The notes beneath the pieces were generated by a model that saw only the letters and a list, made by a program, of their open reading frames with translations, had not been told where the DNA came from and did no database searches. A stretch of DNA of 64,000 nt from positions 64,001 through 128,000 of the IMG/VR virus record IMGVR_UViG_3300029288_000080, one strand, 5' to 3'. Within the stretch, counting starts at the first letter, position 1; the number at the start of each line of letters is the position of its first letter. This document shows positions 29,242-39,459 of the stretch, piece after piece. This DNA comes from a virus. Lineage: Duplodnaviria; Caudoviricetes. Both the position numbers and the translations under genes were made by a program.

Positions 29242-31217
29242 TTATGTCGATCCTTGATGACCTCGTCCGTGCTGGCCAACTTGCGCTCTACTGGGACTTC
29301 CGCTCCGGAACTTTCTTAGACTACAGTGGACACGGTTTCAACGGCACGGTCGGCGGTTCAATGGGTTCGCCGCGCCCCTGGTTGGACGCCAGGCCCAGTG
29401 GATACTGCACGAGCGCTGCGGCACTCCCGGCCGACAATTATTCTGGCTGCATCCTATTGGGTCAGCGCCATTACACTCCAGCGGCGGCCCAGTATTGCAT
29501 CTGGATTGACGCGACCCACTACGCTGTATTTGGAACCGGAGGATTGTTCTCGGTTTATGGTGCCGGTACCATCAGGAACTCGGCCTCGGTCGTAGGGGCC
29601 ACTTGCGTCGGTTGGAATCAGGTGGCCGGAACCACCGGAGCAATTTATCGGGATGGCAGTTTGCTGGGCGCTTTTTCGGGAAACCTGGACGCAGTGTCGT
29701 TGGCGGCTGGAACTAAGTATTTCTTCAACGCCAGTGGTGGCGCTTCGCCCTTGGCCTATGGGATCAAGGCCCTGGTCATTACCTCAACGGTGTTGTCTGC
29801 AACGCAGCATAGTCAATTGGTGGCTGACTTGGCGACACGGGATAGATCTTGGACAACCCGCACACACTCTATTCGGCAGGCTGACTGTAGTGTTGACCCT
29901 AATACCCCCGGTTTAGTTGCCGCTTGGGATACTATTGAAAACGGTATACTGATCGATATTATCGGTGGGAAAAATGGAACCCAAGTCGGTTCACCGGTAT
30001 CAGCAAGTAAACCTTATGGTCGCGCAATTAAATTTGGTTATGAATCTGGGTTTACGTTCAACCCAGCTATGGGGGTTACGGGTCCATTCAGTATTTCATT
30101 TATTGCTGAACCGACTGAATACACAAATGCTGCCAACCATTTTATTATTCATGGGGCTTCTAGTGGTGGGAACCAAATCATTCTATTCAAAAGTGGTTCT
30201 GTATGCAAACTATCCTTTAGCGCTTCTATTGGTGGTACGGTAAGAAGTTTGAACGCAACATCTTATGATTGGTATACTGGACAGTGCAGACACATTGTTT
30301 GCTGCTATGATGGTCAATATCTACGGATTTATCAAAATGGCAATCTTGATGCTACTTCACCTGAATATCTTGGGGCAACCACATTTTTTTCCGGTGCCGG
30401 AACTGGTGTAGTCGGATATAGGTCCGGTGTTTCCGGAAACGATTACACAGGGTGCATAAAAGGTGTACAGGTTTACAATACCGCTAAGACAGCCGAACAG
30501 GTTAGGGGGCTGTACGAAAAATCGGGGCTAAAAGAAATTCAAGAAACATCTTCTTTCGGAGTACCTGTATCAACAGCAAGTAGGGGTGGTATAACCGGTT
30601 CCTATTTAGAAAATACCCGATGGGCTTTCGGTTCTACCACCCCGAGATACACTATCGACGTTGCTTCGATATCAGGGGAAGCCTGCAAGATGCTGGTTTG
30701 CGGGACCGCGGGACCGCTTTACAAACGAACCCCCAGCCAGTTCACAGACCAGCAAGCCGGCTACGGTTCTTGGGAATGGACCTGGATTAAGTCAGCCGCG
30801 GGCAGCATGGACGTCATGGTGGTCGCGAGTGACAAAACCGCCCCCGGGACCGCTGGCAACAACGGCTATTTCGTCCGGGTCGACGCCAACGAAAAAGTCT
30901 GGCTGTACAAAGCGGCTGGCGTGACCCTGACGCCGTTGCTCTCGACCGGCAACGATTATGTTGTCGCGGGAACCGCCTATACGTTCCGGTTGACCAGGAC
31001 ATTTGCGGGTGTGTGGACCCTTTGGATCCGGGGCCTCGCGGCCAGTCCAGGTTGGACCTTGGTTTCCAACGCGGGAGGTGGAACCAATCCCACGGCTGCG
31101 GAGAACACGTATACATCTAGCCTGTATAGCATCATCGACATTGACGCGACCGACCGGGTTTCCGTCGGGGCGCAGTCCGGCAACTATTCGATGGTTTGGC
31201 GACCTTTCGTTTTTTAA
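29238..31217 (+). CDS. LamG-domain virion protein (fibre/appendage)
   Basis: LYWDF..DYSGHGFNGT; HIVCCYDGQYLRIYQNG..YTGCIKGVQVYN. Confidence 0.78.
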   Translation: MIMSILDDLVRAGQLALYWDFRSGTFLDYSGHGFNGTVGGSMGSPRPWLDARPSGYCTSAAALPADNYSGCILLGQRHYTPAAAQYCIWIDATHYAVFGTGGLFSVYGAGTIRNSASVVGATCVGWNQVAGTTGAIYRDGSLLGAFSGNLDAVSLAAGTKYFFNASGGASPLAYGIKALVITSTVLSATQHSQLVADLATRDRSWTTRTHSIRQADCSVDPNTPGLVAAWDTIENGILIDIIGGKNGTQVGSPVSASKPYGRAIKFGYESGFTFNPAMGVTGPFSISFIAEPTEYTNAANHFIIHGASSGGNQIILFKSGSVCKLSFSASIGGTVRSLNATSYDWYTGQCRHIVCCYDGQYLRIYQNGNLDATSPEYLGATTFFSGAGTGVVGYRSGVSGNDYTGCIKGVQVYNTAKTAEQVRGLYEKSGLKEIQETSSFGVPVSTASRGGITGSYLENTRWAFGSTTPRYTIDVASISGEACKMLVCGTAGPLYKRTPSQFTDQQAGYGSWEWTWIKSAAGSMDVMVVASDKTAPGTAGNNGYFVRVDANEKVWLYKAAGVTLTPLLSTGNDYVVAGTAYTFRLTRTFAGVWTLWIRGLAASPGWTLVSNAGGGTNPTAAENTYTSSLYSIIDIDATDRVSVGAQSGNYSMVWRPFVF

Positions 31218-31229
31218 CCAGGAGACCTC

Positions 31230-31985
31230 ATGGCCACCACGGTTTTGAATCTCACGAGTGCTGACCTTATCCTGCCGCTCCCCGTGAACCAACGGGTGCC
31301 GGCCGGTGGGTCACTTTATCTCCCGTACGTCGAATACGATGTCCTGACCAACGATCCTCGGTTCGCCGACATGATCGCCAGGGCGATCATCCGGCTGGAC
31401 AGCCAGGATAACCGCGTCGACACTTTGGAGGTCAAGGCCGAACCTGTAGGCCTGGATTACCTTGAGATTGCCGACTCTGAAGCCGATTGGGCCAAAAAGA
31501 AAGCCACGTTGGCCAGTCTGATTGATATGATCCCCGTGGCCACGATCACGACGCCCGGACTCATGAGTGCCCTGGACAAAACCCATCTTGAGGAGTTACT
31601 CGCCATGCTCGATACCCCTGCGGTTCAAGTTGCCGACTACGCCACCACGACCAGTGATCTGACCCCCACGGTCGTGACCGATGGTTTCCCGCTACCGATC
31701 ACTGGGTTCAAAGAAACGATTGTGTTCGCCGCGACCATCATGGCCGCCGGGGCCGCGACCATCACGGGGATCGTCTGGCTCTGGCAGGCCCTCGCGACCG
31801 TACCGGCGTGGTATCCGCTCCGGTCCATCACGCTGGGCAACGAGGCCGTCGTCGTGGCCGACACTGACCAACTGGTTGGAAGCGTTGCGGAGATCACGTG
31901 GCCCAGGGGAGTCACCAGGGTAACATGGCAGACGATTTCGGAAACCGGGACGCCTTCGGACCGCAACATCACGATCACGGCGTAG
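31230..31985 (+). CDS. putative fibre-associated structural protein
   Basis: AGGAG RBS; ATITTPGLMSALDK resembles a phage fibre repeat motif. Confidence 0.6.
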   Translation: MATTVLNLTSADLILPLPVNQRVPAGGSLYLPYVEYDVLTNDPRFADMIARAIIRLDSQDNRVDTLEVKAEPVGLDYLEIADSEADWAKKKATLASLIDMIPVATITTPGLMSALDKTHLEELLAMLDTPAVQVADYATTTSDLTPTVVTDGFPLPITGFKETIVFAATIMAAGAATITGIVWLWQALATVPAWYPLRSITLGNEAVVVADTDQLVGSVAEITWPRGVTRVTWQTISETGTPSDRNITITA

Positions 31986-31987
31986 CC

Positions 31988-34471
31988 ATGGACATCCGAC
32001 GCAAACAGACCCTGTGGGGCGCGGTGGCTGGCGGGGTCGTGGCGACCACTGTCGCGCTCGTGCTCATCCTTGGCGGTCCGCCCTCGCTGATCCCGCACCG
32101 GGACTCCACGGGTGCCCGCTCCCTCCTTTGGCTCTACGCCCCTCGCGACATGGGCCGCCTCCCCGCCCGTGCCTCGTGGTGTACCCTCGGCCGCTCGGCT
32201 GAGCACTGCTGGCTCATGGACCAACCCAGCGGCACGCTCACCGACACTGGCTCGGCCGCCACCAAGTGGCATATGACCGCCGGGGCGGGTACCCGCCGAA
32301 GCGTGGCAACGGGTGTTCCTGTGGCCACGTCGGCCACTACCTGGGATGCCACGAGCGAGCTTGGCGTGGGCACGGATCAGGTGTCCGGCGCCGGGCTAAG
32401 TCGCGCCACCACCACCACTGACGCGAGCAACGTGCTGTCCGTGTCCTTTGCTTTCTCGGCCCCCCATGCCGGACCTGGATACACCGGTCAACACCTCATC
32501 TATCACCAGGGCACTACCAGTGGATTTGAGGTATACATCACCACATCTGGGTCGTCTGCCACGATCACGGCATATCTGGATGGCGGAGCCCCGACGAAAT
32601 ACCTGAACAGCATCGCCGCTCCTATCAGCGACGGGGCCCCGCATTGTGTTACAGTTGTCATTGACGCGCGAACACTGAACGCTTTCCGGGTATACGTTGA
32701 TGGGCTGGATTACACGCCAGAAGAGCACAATGCAACATCGGTTGTATCGTTCGCGCCAAATGGCACTCCAACGTTCTACTTGTATCGTAACGGGAATGGC
32801 TTGTACTCCCTGGCCGGCGTGGGTGGTAGGGCTCGCTACGATGTCGCCGCTCTCACCTACGACCAGCATCGCTCGATCTGCGGCACCGCGTGGGATGCGC
32901 CAGAGGGAGGAGATACCAAGATCGCTCCAGGCGATGACTACTACGCCCAGACCGTTGCGGCTGCGCGCTGCTACGCATCAAGCGCCACCACCGCGACTTG
33001 CGCGCCCACAGCGGCCCCGTGGTATGCCTGGGACCGCTCTACGTCGAGCACTCGATGGCCGGTAGAGCCCGCCAGAACCAATCGGCTCAAGTGGTCCATG
33101 GGCGCATCGTGCGCCCGCTGGACATGTTCGACGGCCACCATGGCCAACACGGTTTCGCCAGCCGGTACCAACTGGGCAACGGCGATCACCATGGGTGGAG
33201 GATACGCGCAGACCGAGCAGGCGAGCGCGTACACCGCCGCGGCTCCGCTCTATCATCGGGTGTGGATGAAAGCCAGCAGTGGCACCATCGACGCCAGCAA
33301 CGTGGGGGGGGAAGGCCACTGGACCATCGACGGCACCACGCTCGGAGGCGTCTGGACCGAGCTCTACACCGGCCACCCGGCCGTGACTGAGATCCAACCC
33401 TGGAAGGCCACGGGGGCCGGGGCGGTCGTTTACCGCGTGAGCGGAGCCAACGTGTCGATCTGGGGGGCCACGCTCACCGAGGTTGCGGGCCTGTCCGTGA
33501 TCCCCACTGCCGCTGCGGCGCAGTCCACTGCCGCTCCGCGTTGGTCCGTTGACGATATCGCCGATTCGTACTACCCGGCCGGGTCCGCGGTGACGCAGTC
33601 GCTCACCACGCTGTCTGGTACGTGCCTGGCCGAGAGCGGTACAGATATTCTGCTGTCTGGATCCTCGACCTGCACCGGGTATTGGAGCGAGCTCAAGATC
33701 GTGGGCAAGCCAGCCGCGTCGGATGGCACCTACGGCACCAGCGGGCGCGTAGAGCTGTACGTGCTGGCAGGGCAGAGCAACGCGGAGGGACGCGAGGCCA
33801 TCGCCAACCTGGACGCAACACTGCTAGGCGTTCCAGCGGGAGTGGACTACTTCCACAATGCTTCCGCGCAATCAACGACGCTGACCAATTACGCCGATTT
33901 TTCGACCGCGATCTTGTTCGGTACGTATCGGTTTGGCGCCGCGCCCATGCTGGCAAATCGGTTGGCGGCGCAGCGGCCAAAGAAGCGTGTGGTGATCGCC
34001 CATATGGGCCTTGGCGGAACCTCACTCTACGCCGCCTGGCAGCCCTACGACTGGGATGCTGTGCGCGGAGCCGTTATTGGCGAGGCAGCAGGGGTATATC
34101 AGTGGTCCACGGTGACCAGTCGAATCAGATCCGCTATCGGCCGCCGCAAAGCGCGATTCGTCGCCGCATACTGGATGCAGGGCGAGCAGGATTGCCTATC
34201 GGATGTCGCAGCAGCGGACTACGCCACAGGGCTGGCCCTGCTGCAGTCCGCGCTGGCCGCTGAGTATGGAGCGCCAGAGCGATTCGTGATTGCACGGGTA
34301 CGCTGCGAGGCCGGCGACACTGGCCGCGCCGTGGTGCGTGCCGCTCAGGAGTCGTTCCCTTACTGGTTCAATGTGGACGATTTGCCGCTGCTCGACACCG
34401 TCCATTTCAACGAGGCCGGATACTACACACTCGGGATTCGGTTTGCCGGGTACTACAACCCGAACCCGTAG
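31988..34471 (+). CDS. LamG + SGNH (SASA-type) carbohydrate acetylesterase protein with hydrophobic N-terminus
   Basis: LAGQSNA, GLGGT, YWMQGEQD, DTVH SGNH blocks; HCVTVVID..VYVDG LamG; N-terminal AVAGGVVATTVALVLILGG. Confidence 0.8.
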   Translation: MDIRRKQTLWGAVAGGVVATTVALVLILGGPPSLIPHRDSTGARSLLWLYAPRDMGRLPARASWCTLGRSAEHCWLMDQPSGTLTDTGSAATKWHMTAGAGTRRSVATGVPVATSATTWDATSELGVGTDQVSGAGLSRATTTTDASNVLSVSFAFSAPHAGPGYTGQHLIYHQGTTSGFEVYITTSGSSATITAYLDGGAPTKYLNSIAAPISDGAPHCVTVVIDARTLNAFRVYVDGLDYTPEEHNATSVVSFAPNGTPTFYLYRNGNGLYSLAGVGGRARYDVAALTYDQHRSICGTAWDAPEGGDTKIAPGDDYYAQTVAAARCYASSATTATCAPTAAPWYAWDRSTSSTRWPVEPARTNRLKWSMGASCARWTCSTATMANTVSPAGTNWATAITMGGGYAQTEQASAYTAAAPLYHRVWMKASSGTIDASNVGGEGHWTIDGTTLGGVWTELYTGHPAVTEIQPWKATGAGAVVYRVSGANVSIWGATLTEVAGLSVIPTAAAAQSTAAPRWSVDDIADSYYPAGSAVTQSLTTLSGTCLAESGTDILLSGSSTCTGYWSELKIVGKPAASDGTYGTSGRVELYVLAGQSNAEGREAIANLDATLLGVPAGVDYFHNASAQSTTLTNYADFSTAILFGTYRFGAAPMLANRLAAQRPKKRVVIAHMGLGGTSLYAAWQPYDWDAVRGAVIGEAAGVYQWSTVTSRIRSAIGRRKARFVAAYWMQGEQDCLSDVAAADYATGLALLQSALAAEYGAPERFVIARVRCEAGDTGRAVVRAAQESFPYWFNVDDLPLLDTVHFNEAGYYTLGIRFAGYYNPNP

Positions 34472-34542
34472 GAGCATCATGGGACAAACACTTCAGATCA
34501 TCGTTGGGATCCTCTCTCCTGCAGGTCGCCCTGGCCTCGGCC

Positions 34543-34617
34543 GTCGATGCCGGCGACATGGTTTCCATCGGGGCGCAGTCCGGCAACTACGCGATGATCT
34601 GGAAGCCCTGGGTGTAG
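34543..34617 (+). repeat. diverged copy of the 3' end of the 29238-31217 gene
   Basis: Encodes DMVSIGAQSGNYAMIWKPWV* versus DRVSVGAQSGNYSMVWRPFVF* at about 31150-31217. Confidence 0.85.
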
Positions 34618-34619
34618 CG

Positions 34620-34850
34620 ATGGAACCACAAGACAATAATGGTTTCTGGATTGGCTGTTTGGCGTCCGCGTTCAACCAACATTTATCCACCAGGTTTATC
34701 CGGTTGGCCCAACGACCAAGTGGCCCAGTTGCCCCCGTGGATCCACGGCACCTTGACGCCATCATGGTCCGGGCTCAGGCACGGGGTCGATCTGTTCAGC
34801 AATATTTGGCCGAGAGGGCCTGGATTAATTCTCGGCAACTGTACCGCTGA
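34620..34850 (+). CDS. small hypothetical protein
   Basis: ATG 2 nt after the remnant's TAG (MEPQDNNGFW...). Confidence 0.45.
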   Translation: MEPQDNNGFWIGCLASAFNQHLSTRFIRLAQRPSGPVAPVDPRHLDAIMVRAQARGRSVQQYLAERAWINSRQLYR

Positions 34851-35071
34851 CCCCTGCACCATGACTGATTGCGAAACCAACTGGCTGGCTTTCATCTGCA
34901 CCATCTGGGGCGCCATCGTGTACCACTGGATCATTGCGCCGCCCCACGACGAATAACGCCATGTCGTACTGTCCAGATCCAGATGACCGTGGTCGTTTAT
35001 GTGTAGCGGTTTGCTTGCTGGTTTTACTTATTGTCTGGTGGCTCTGGTGTTCAGCACCCACGAGGTAGCAG

Positions 35072-35821
35072 ATGTTCCGCACGGCTATCGCGATCGACGA
35101 TCAACTTGACCAGTTGGTCCAGGCGTTTCAAGAGACCGAACAGACCCCCGGGGACACCCCGGCGATGTGGAACCTGGTCAGCAAGGTCAACGGCCTGGTG
35201 GGGCCTGCTGGGCGTAATCTCCGGCATTTTGTGGAACTGGAAGGCCGGTGGCTGGCTTTTCCGACTTGTCGACGGGCTCGCGGTTTTATCCAGTGGGACC
35301 CAGGAGCAAAAAAATGGCGTCTTCGACAAGGAAGCGGCCGCCTGGTTATGCGCGACCTTGAACCTGCCGTAGCATTTCTGGTCATGGCGGTCGAGTGTGC
35401 CGTGGCCGGGATACCAGAGACCCAGGCCGACCTGTTTCTTGATGCCCTTTATGCCCAAGGGACCGCGAGCCCCGCGGCCAATGAGGTCGTGTTGTTCGAT
35501 CAGGCGTTAGTGTCGATGGAGCAGGTGGGCGACGCTGCCGTGAAGTTGCGGTATTTATGGCTAGACCCTCGGGCGCGCGGCCAGGGGCTTGGCCATCGTG
35601 TCCTGAGTCTAATCGAGCGGTTGGCCGACCAGTATTGCTGCGACGTTTGGCTCATGGCCCAGTCGTTCAGGATTCCGGACCAATATAGCCGCGACCTCGA
35701 CACCGATCCCGGTGAGAATCTCGTCGAGACCGACCAGTTGGTCCGGTTGTACCGGGCCCACGGGTTCCAGGGCCCTGCCCGCCACATGCTCCGAGAGCCT
35801 AGGTGTAGAACCAGGGCTTGA
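35072..35821 (+). CDS. protein with C-terminal GNAT acetyltransferase domain
   Basis: LWLDPRARGQGLG (acetyl-CoA motif A) ... LVRLYRAHGF. Confidence 0.8.
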   Translation: MFRTAIAIDDQLDQLVQAFQETEQTPGDTPAMWNLVSKVNGLVGPAGRNLRHFVELEGRWLAFPTCRRARGFIQWDPGAKKWRLRQGSGRLVMRDLEPAVAFLVMAVECAVAGIPETQADLFLDALYAQGTASPAANEVVLFDQALVSMEQVGDAAVKLRYLWLDPRARGQGLGHRVLSLIERLADQYCCDVWLMAQSFRIPDQYSRDLDTDPGENLVETDQLVRLYRAHGFQGPARHMLREPRCRTRA

Positions 35822-35996
35822 CTTCTCGGTCTTCATCGTTAGATTTTGCTAGCGTAGCGTTTCCTGGAGGCCCTTGGTGATGAACACCACCAAGGGCCTC
35901 GCTATTTTTGGCCCACCTGCCCCTTTCGGTTGAAACCAGTGGGTTTCCCGCATCAATCAGGTAAAACTGTTGTCCGGGGCCAATTTGCTGCTGGCC

Positions 35997-36014
35997 CACG
36001 CTAATCTATAGCAG
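35997..36014 (+). promoter_or_regulatory. putative phage late promoter
   Basis: CACGCTAATCTATAGCAG. Confidence 0.6.
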
Positions 36015-36047
36015 CGAGGCCAATCCTCGGCCCCCAAGGAAACCAAC

Positions 36048-37589
36048 ATGATCTGGACCCCCAAGGTTTATGAAGAAGCCACCGCGGCCCTCCAGGCCAG
36101 CAACTCGGTCACGCGGGTGTGCCAGGACCTCTCGGCCCGGTGGGGCGAACTGATTTCCCCCAAGGCCCTGGACTGTGCGTTCCGGCGCGGCAAACTGAAG
36201 CAGCCGGCCCAATGGCTCAGTGGCCCTGCTGGCCAGCCGGCCGTCCACTGGACCAACAAGGTGGCCAAGCAGTGCGCCCAGGTGATCCGGCGGCACGGCA
36301 CCGTCGTGCAGGCCTGCGAGGAAATCTCTACCCTGTTGGGCCGGACCGTCACGCCCTCGGGGCTCCAGAAGGTATTCTTGTCCGCAGGGCTGAAGCCTCC
36401 CGGCACCTACGTGGACAAGAAGCTCCGCAAGGTGGCGCTGAGCCAGCAGTCAGCCAGGGCTGCCCAGTACAACCACAAGGCAGCGTTCAACGGGGCCGCC
36501 AAGGCCACTGGGCCAGCGGGGCCGGTGTCCAGAGGTGCCGTTGCTGGCCCTGGGCCCAGAGGATACGAACAGACCTACCAGGTTGGGGAGGAAGGGCAGG
36601 ACGAGCGACAAGACAGCCAGTTCAACCAGAAATTTCTTACGCTGGTTCAGAAGCAAATCAGAACGATCAATGAGCTAGCTGACCAGATGGACGTACCGCC
36701 CAAGGTGATCCGGCAGACCATAGCGTCGTTACAACAACAGGGCTATGGGGTAACGCTTGAGCGAGACCAGATTGTTGGTTTTAGTGCGGAGGTTGTCCAT
36801 GAAGTAAAAGACGCTCAGGAACTTACCGCACAACCTGGAACTGACGGCACCTACTGTTTTGGTGCCGTGGCCGACACGCATTTCGGGTCCAAATACTGTG
36901 ATGAGGAAGCATTTGTCCAGTATGTGGAATACGCGTATTCGCTCGGTGTTCGTCACATTTTGCACGCCGGGGACATTTTAACCGGTCTGCTGAACCATCA
37001 TGGCATGAGTTTTGAGGTCAAAACACTTGGCTTTGACAACCAGGTAGAACTTGCTCTGTCGGTTATGCCTCAAAAACCAGGACTATCTTATTTTGGGATT
37101 TGCGGGAATCATGAGCTAAATTCCTGGACAAAGTCAATCTCTATGTCACCGGGGGCCGCTCTGGTTCGGCGGGCACGCGAAATGGGGAGAAACGATATTC
37201 ATCATGTTGGCGACGTCCAGGGTAGGGTAGTGTTCGGCAAGGGTGAACAGTCCATCAAGGTAGAGTTGGCTCACCCGAAGGTGAGCGGTAGCACGTACGC
37301 GATCTCTTATCCGGTGCAAAAGTGGGTTGAACGCATGCCTGGTGGTGCAAAACCGCATATCCTTTTGTCAGGTCATCTCCACCAATTCAGTGTACTTAAC
37401 GTGAGAAACGTTGTCTGCGTGCAGCCCGGCTGCTTCGAGCATTCTACCCCGTACACCCGCGAGATGGGCCTGCACCCTGCTGTTGGGGGTGTAGTCATCT
37501 GGGCCAAGCGGGATGGTCTGAACCTGTGGTTCCGGAACGAGTGGGTTGCGACCCGGACCAAGCCGGTGGACTGGACCCAAATCGAGTGA
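36048..37589 (+). CDS. calcineurin-like metallophosphoesterase with N-terminal HTH-like repeats
   Basis: DTHFG, HAGD, GNHE, LAHP, GHLH motifs; two WT.KV.. repeats and a winged-HTH-like segment. Confidence 0.88.
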   Translation: MIWTPKVYEEATAALQASNSVTRVCQDLSARWGELISPKALDCAFRRGKLKQPAQWLSGPAGQPAVHWTNKVAKQCAQVIRRHGTVVQACEEISTLLGRTVTPSGLQKVFLSAGLKPPGTYVDKKLRKVALSQQSARAAQYNHKAAFNGAAKATGPAGPVSRGAVAGPGPRGYEQTYQVGEEGQDERQDSQFNQKFLTLVQKQIRTINELADQMDVPPKVIRQTIASLQQQGYGVTLERDQIVGFSAEVVHEVKDAQELTAQPGTDGTYCFGAVADTHFGSKYCDEEAFVQYVEYAYSLGVRHILHAGDILTGLLNHHGMSFEVKTLGFDNQVELALSVMPQKPGLSYFGICGNHELNSWTKSISMSPGAALVRRAREMGRNDIHHVGDVQGRVVFGKGEQSIKVELAHPKVSGSTYAISYPVQKWVERMPGGAKPHILLSGHLHQFSVLNVRNVVCVQPGCFEHSTPYTREMGLHPAVGGVVIWAKRDGLNLWFRNEWVATRTKPVDWTQIE

Positions 37590-39458
37590 TCAATCTTCTG
37601 GTGTGACTCTGCTTTTCCTGCTCAATATCGCGCTCATGTAAGGCAAGCTCACGTTAAACTGGTGTGCCAGCATTTTAATCGTGTGCATACCGGCAGCGTA
37701 TAGTCGCCGCGCTTCCTCTACATTCTGGTTGGTCATCTTGCTATTGATTGACTTCTCTCCTCGAGCATCCGTGCCGTGGCGGCGACGATCCAGAGAGTTT
37801 TCGCTGGGAGACCCGTAACATAGATTCTCGATCCTGTTGTCCCCGGGGTTTCCGTTTAGATGTCGCACACAGTATCCTGGCGGGCACGGTTCACCAGAGA
37901 ACGCCAGGGTAACCAGTCTATGGATTTGCCATTGTGTCATGGTACTCTTGCCTACCTCGGGGTTTGGTTTGCACAGCATCACCATGAGCCTGCCCATGTT
38001 GTGCCCTGGTTTCAACACGCGAGTTTTCTGTGTCCTGGTCATGTCGCCGTTCAAGTCTCTGGTGAGCCGGGTTAAACTTCTGACCTGTCCAGCATTACTC
38101 ACCTGATAGTACCCCTCAAATCCAGGTACGTCTAACCACCGTTCCACCTCGTCAGGTTGGTAAGCCCACCGAGCCCACACCGGAGTAAAATCAATCGTGC
38201 AAGGAGGTAGTTTTTCCTTCTTGCCCGGTACAACCGGTGCGTCAGCATCCAGGTAGGCCCAACTGTCTCGCCTGATAATCCTCCCTACCATCTCACGGCA
38301 GATGCCATGTTGGGCCGCGATGGCGGACTGACTCCTGCCTCCTTCCGCATACTGCTCCCGTATTTCTCTCACGGTGTCTTCGGTGATTTTACTCATGCCA
38401 TTACGCTCGCCACCATTATCTGTTCCATGACTTTTACGGTCAACAGAGTTTTCTTCGCGGGTGCCATAGCGTAGGTTGGTTAGGGCGTTATTTTCTGGGT
38501 TGCCATCCAGGTGGCGTATTTCTTGTTTCGGAGGACACGCACCCGTGAAGGCCAGCATCACCAGTACATGGACCAGGTAGTGCTCCCCTCGCCTGGTGGG
38601 TTCCCCGCCACACCCGCCAGCCAAGGACACGAATAAATGCCCAGACGCACTTTTTACTGGGCGCAACAGCACTCCTTGCCGTTTATACGTGCGCGCGTTC
38701 TTCTGAACCAATAGTCGGTCTACGCTCCTCACTCGGCCGAGGTTGGACACCAGATAGGCAGAAAATCCTGGTACCTCTCGCCATTCTTCCCCGGGTAAAT
38801 CTTTTTCATACAGGGTTCGCTTCTGCTGCGGTGTTACTGGTTTTTCGTAAGGTGCCTGTACGTCTGTTCGTTTCCACACCTGATATTTCACGATCCGACG
38901 CACAGTAGATGTGCCCACACCGTATTTTGCGGCCAACTCTGCGAAAGTATACTTGCCGTTTGCGTGTAGTTCGCGCATTTCGTCCACTTGGTCACCAGTC
39001 AACGCCGTCACGCCTGTGCGTGGGCCTCGTGGCCTGACGTCCAATTCTTTTTGCCGTGTGGTGTACTCCTCATGCGTTGCCCAACTTAGGTTTTCCAGGC
39101 TGTTGTTTTCTGCTCTACCATCAAAATGTAGGCATTTTTGTCCGTCTTCTGGTGTCCCAACGAAAGTTGTTAAAACCAAATCCGATACCATTCTACCCTG
39201 CATTTTGCTTCCGTCCATTGGGCACAGCACTACTCTAGCGTGGCCAGACGCACCGTAGGACGGCTTTATGACATGCCCGCGTACATGCCGTTTAAGCCGG
39301 CCATTTCGGAATATTTTACGGTCAAGACTCCTGACCCGTCCCCAGTCCGACACTTGGTATCCAGGGAAACTTGGGACATCCCGCCAGCGTTCTACTGCTT
39401 CGGAAGCACCGGGTTCAAGACCTGCAAACAAATCGTTTTGCTCAGATTCGTGCGTCAT
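37590..39458 (-). CDS. HNH endonuclease with three tandem NUMOD4-HNH-HTH units
   Basis: Three E.W.dVPgF..Y.VS..G.VRS starts and three H..G...N...NL motifs; likely start ATG 39458. Confidence 0.88.
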   Translation of the reverse strand: MTHESEQNDLFAGLEPGASEAVERWRDVPSFPGYQVSDWGRVRSLDRKIFRNGRLKRHVRGHVIKPSYGASGHARVVLCPMDGSKMQGRMVSDLVLTTFVGTPEDGQKCLHFDGRAENNSLENLSWATHEEYTTRQKELDVRPRGPRTGVTALTGDQVDEMRELHANGKYTFAELAAKYGVGTSTVRRIVKYQVWKRTDVQAPYEKPVTPQQKRTLYEKDLPGEEWREVPGFSAYLVSNLGRVRSVDRLLVQKNARTYKRQGVLLRPVKSASGHLFVSLAGGCGGEPTRRGEHYLVHVLVMLAFTGACPPKQEIRHLDGNPENNALTNLRYGTREENSVDRKSHGTDNGGERNGMSKITEDTVREIREQYAEGGRSQSAIAAQHGICREMVGRIIRRDSWAYLDADAPVVPGKKEKLPPCTIDFTPVWARWAYQPDEVERWLDVPGFEGYYQVSNAGQVRSLTRLTRDLNGDMTRTQKTRVLKPGHNMGRLMVMLCKPNPEVGKSTMTQWQIHRLVTLAFSGEPCPPGYCVRHLNGNPGDNRIENLCYGSPSENSLDRRRHGTDARGEKSINSKMTNQNVEEARRLYAAGMHTIKMLAHQFNVSLPYMSAILSRKSRVTPED

Positions 39459-39459
39459 G

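Noticed and set aside
31140-34617. DGR template/variable repeat pair at a fibre gene 3' end
   Set aside because: Mismatches are not confined to adenines (many C/T and G/C synonymous changes) and there is no reverse transcriptase in the window.
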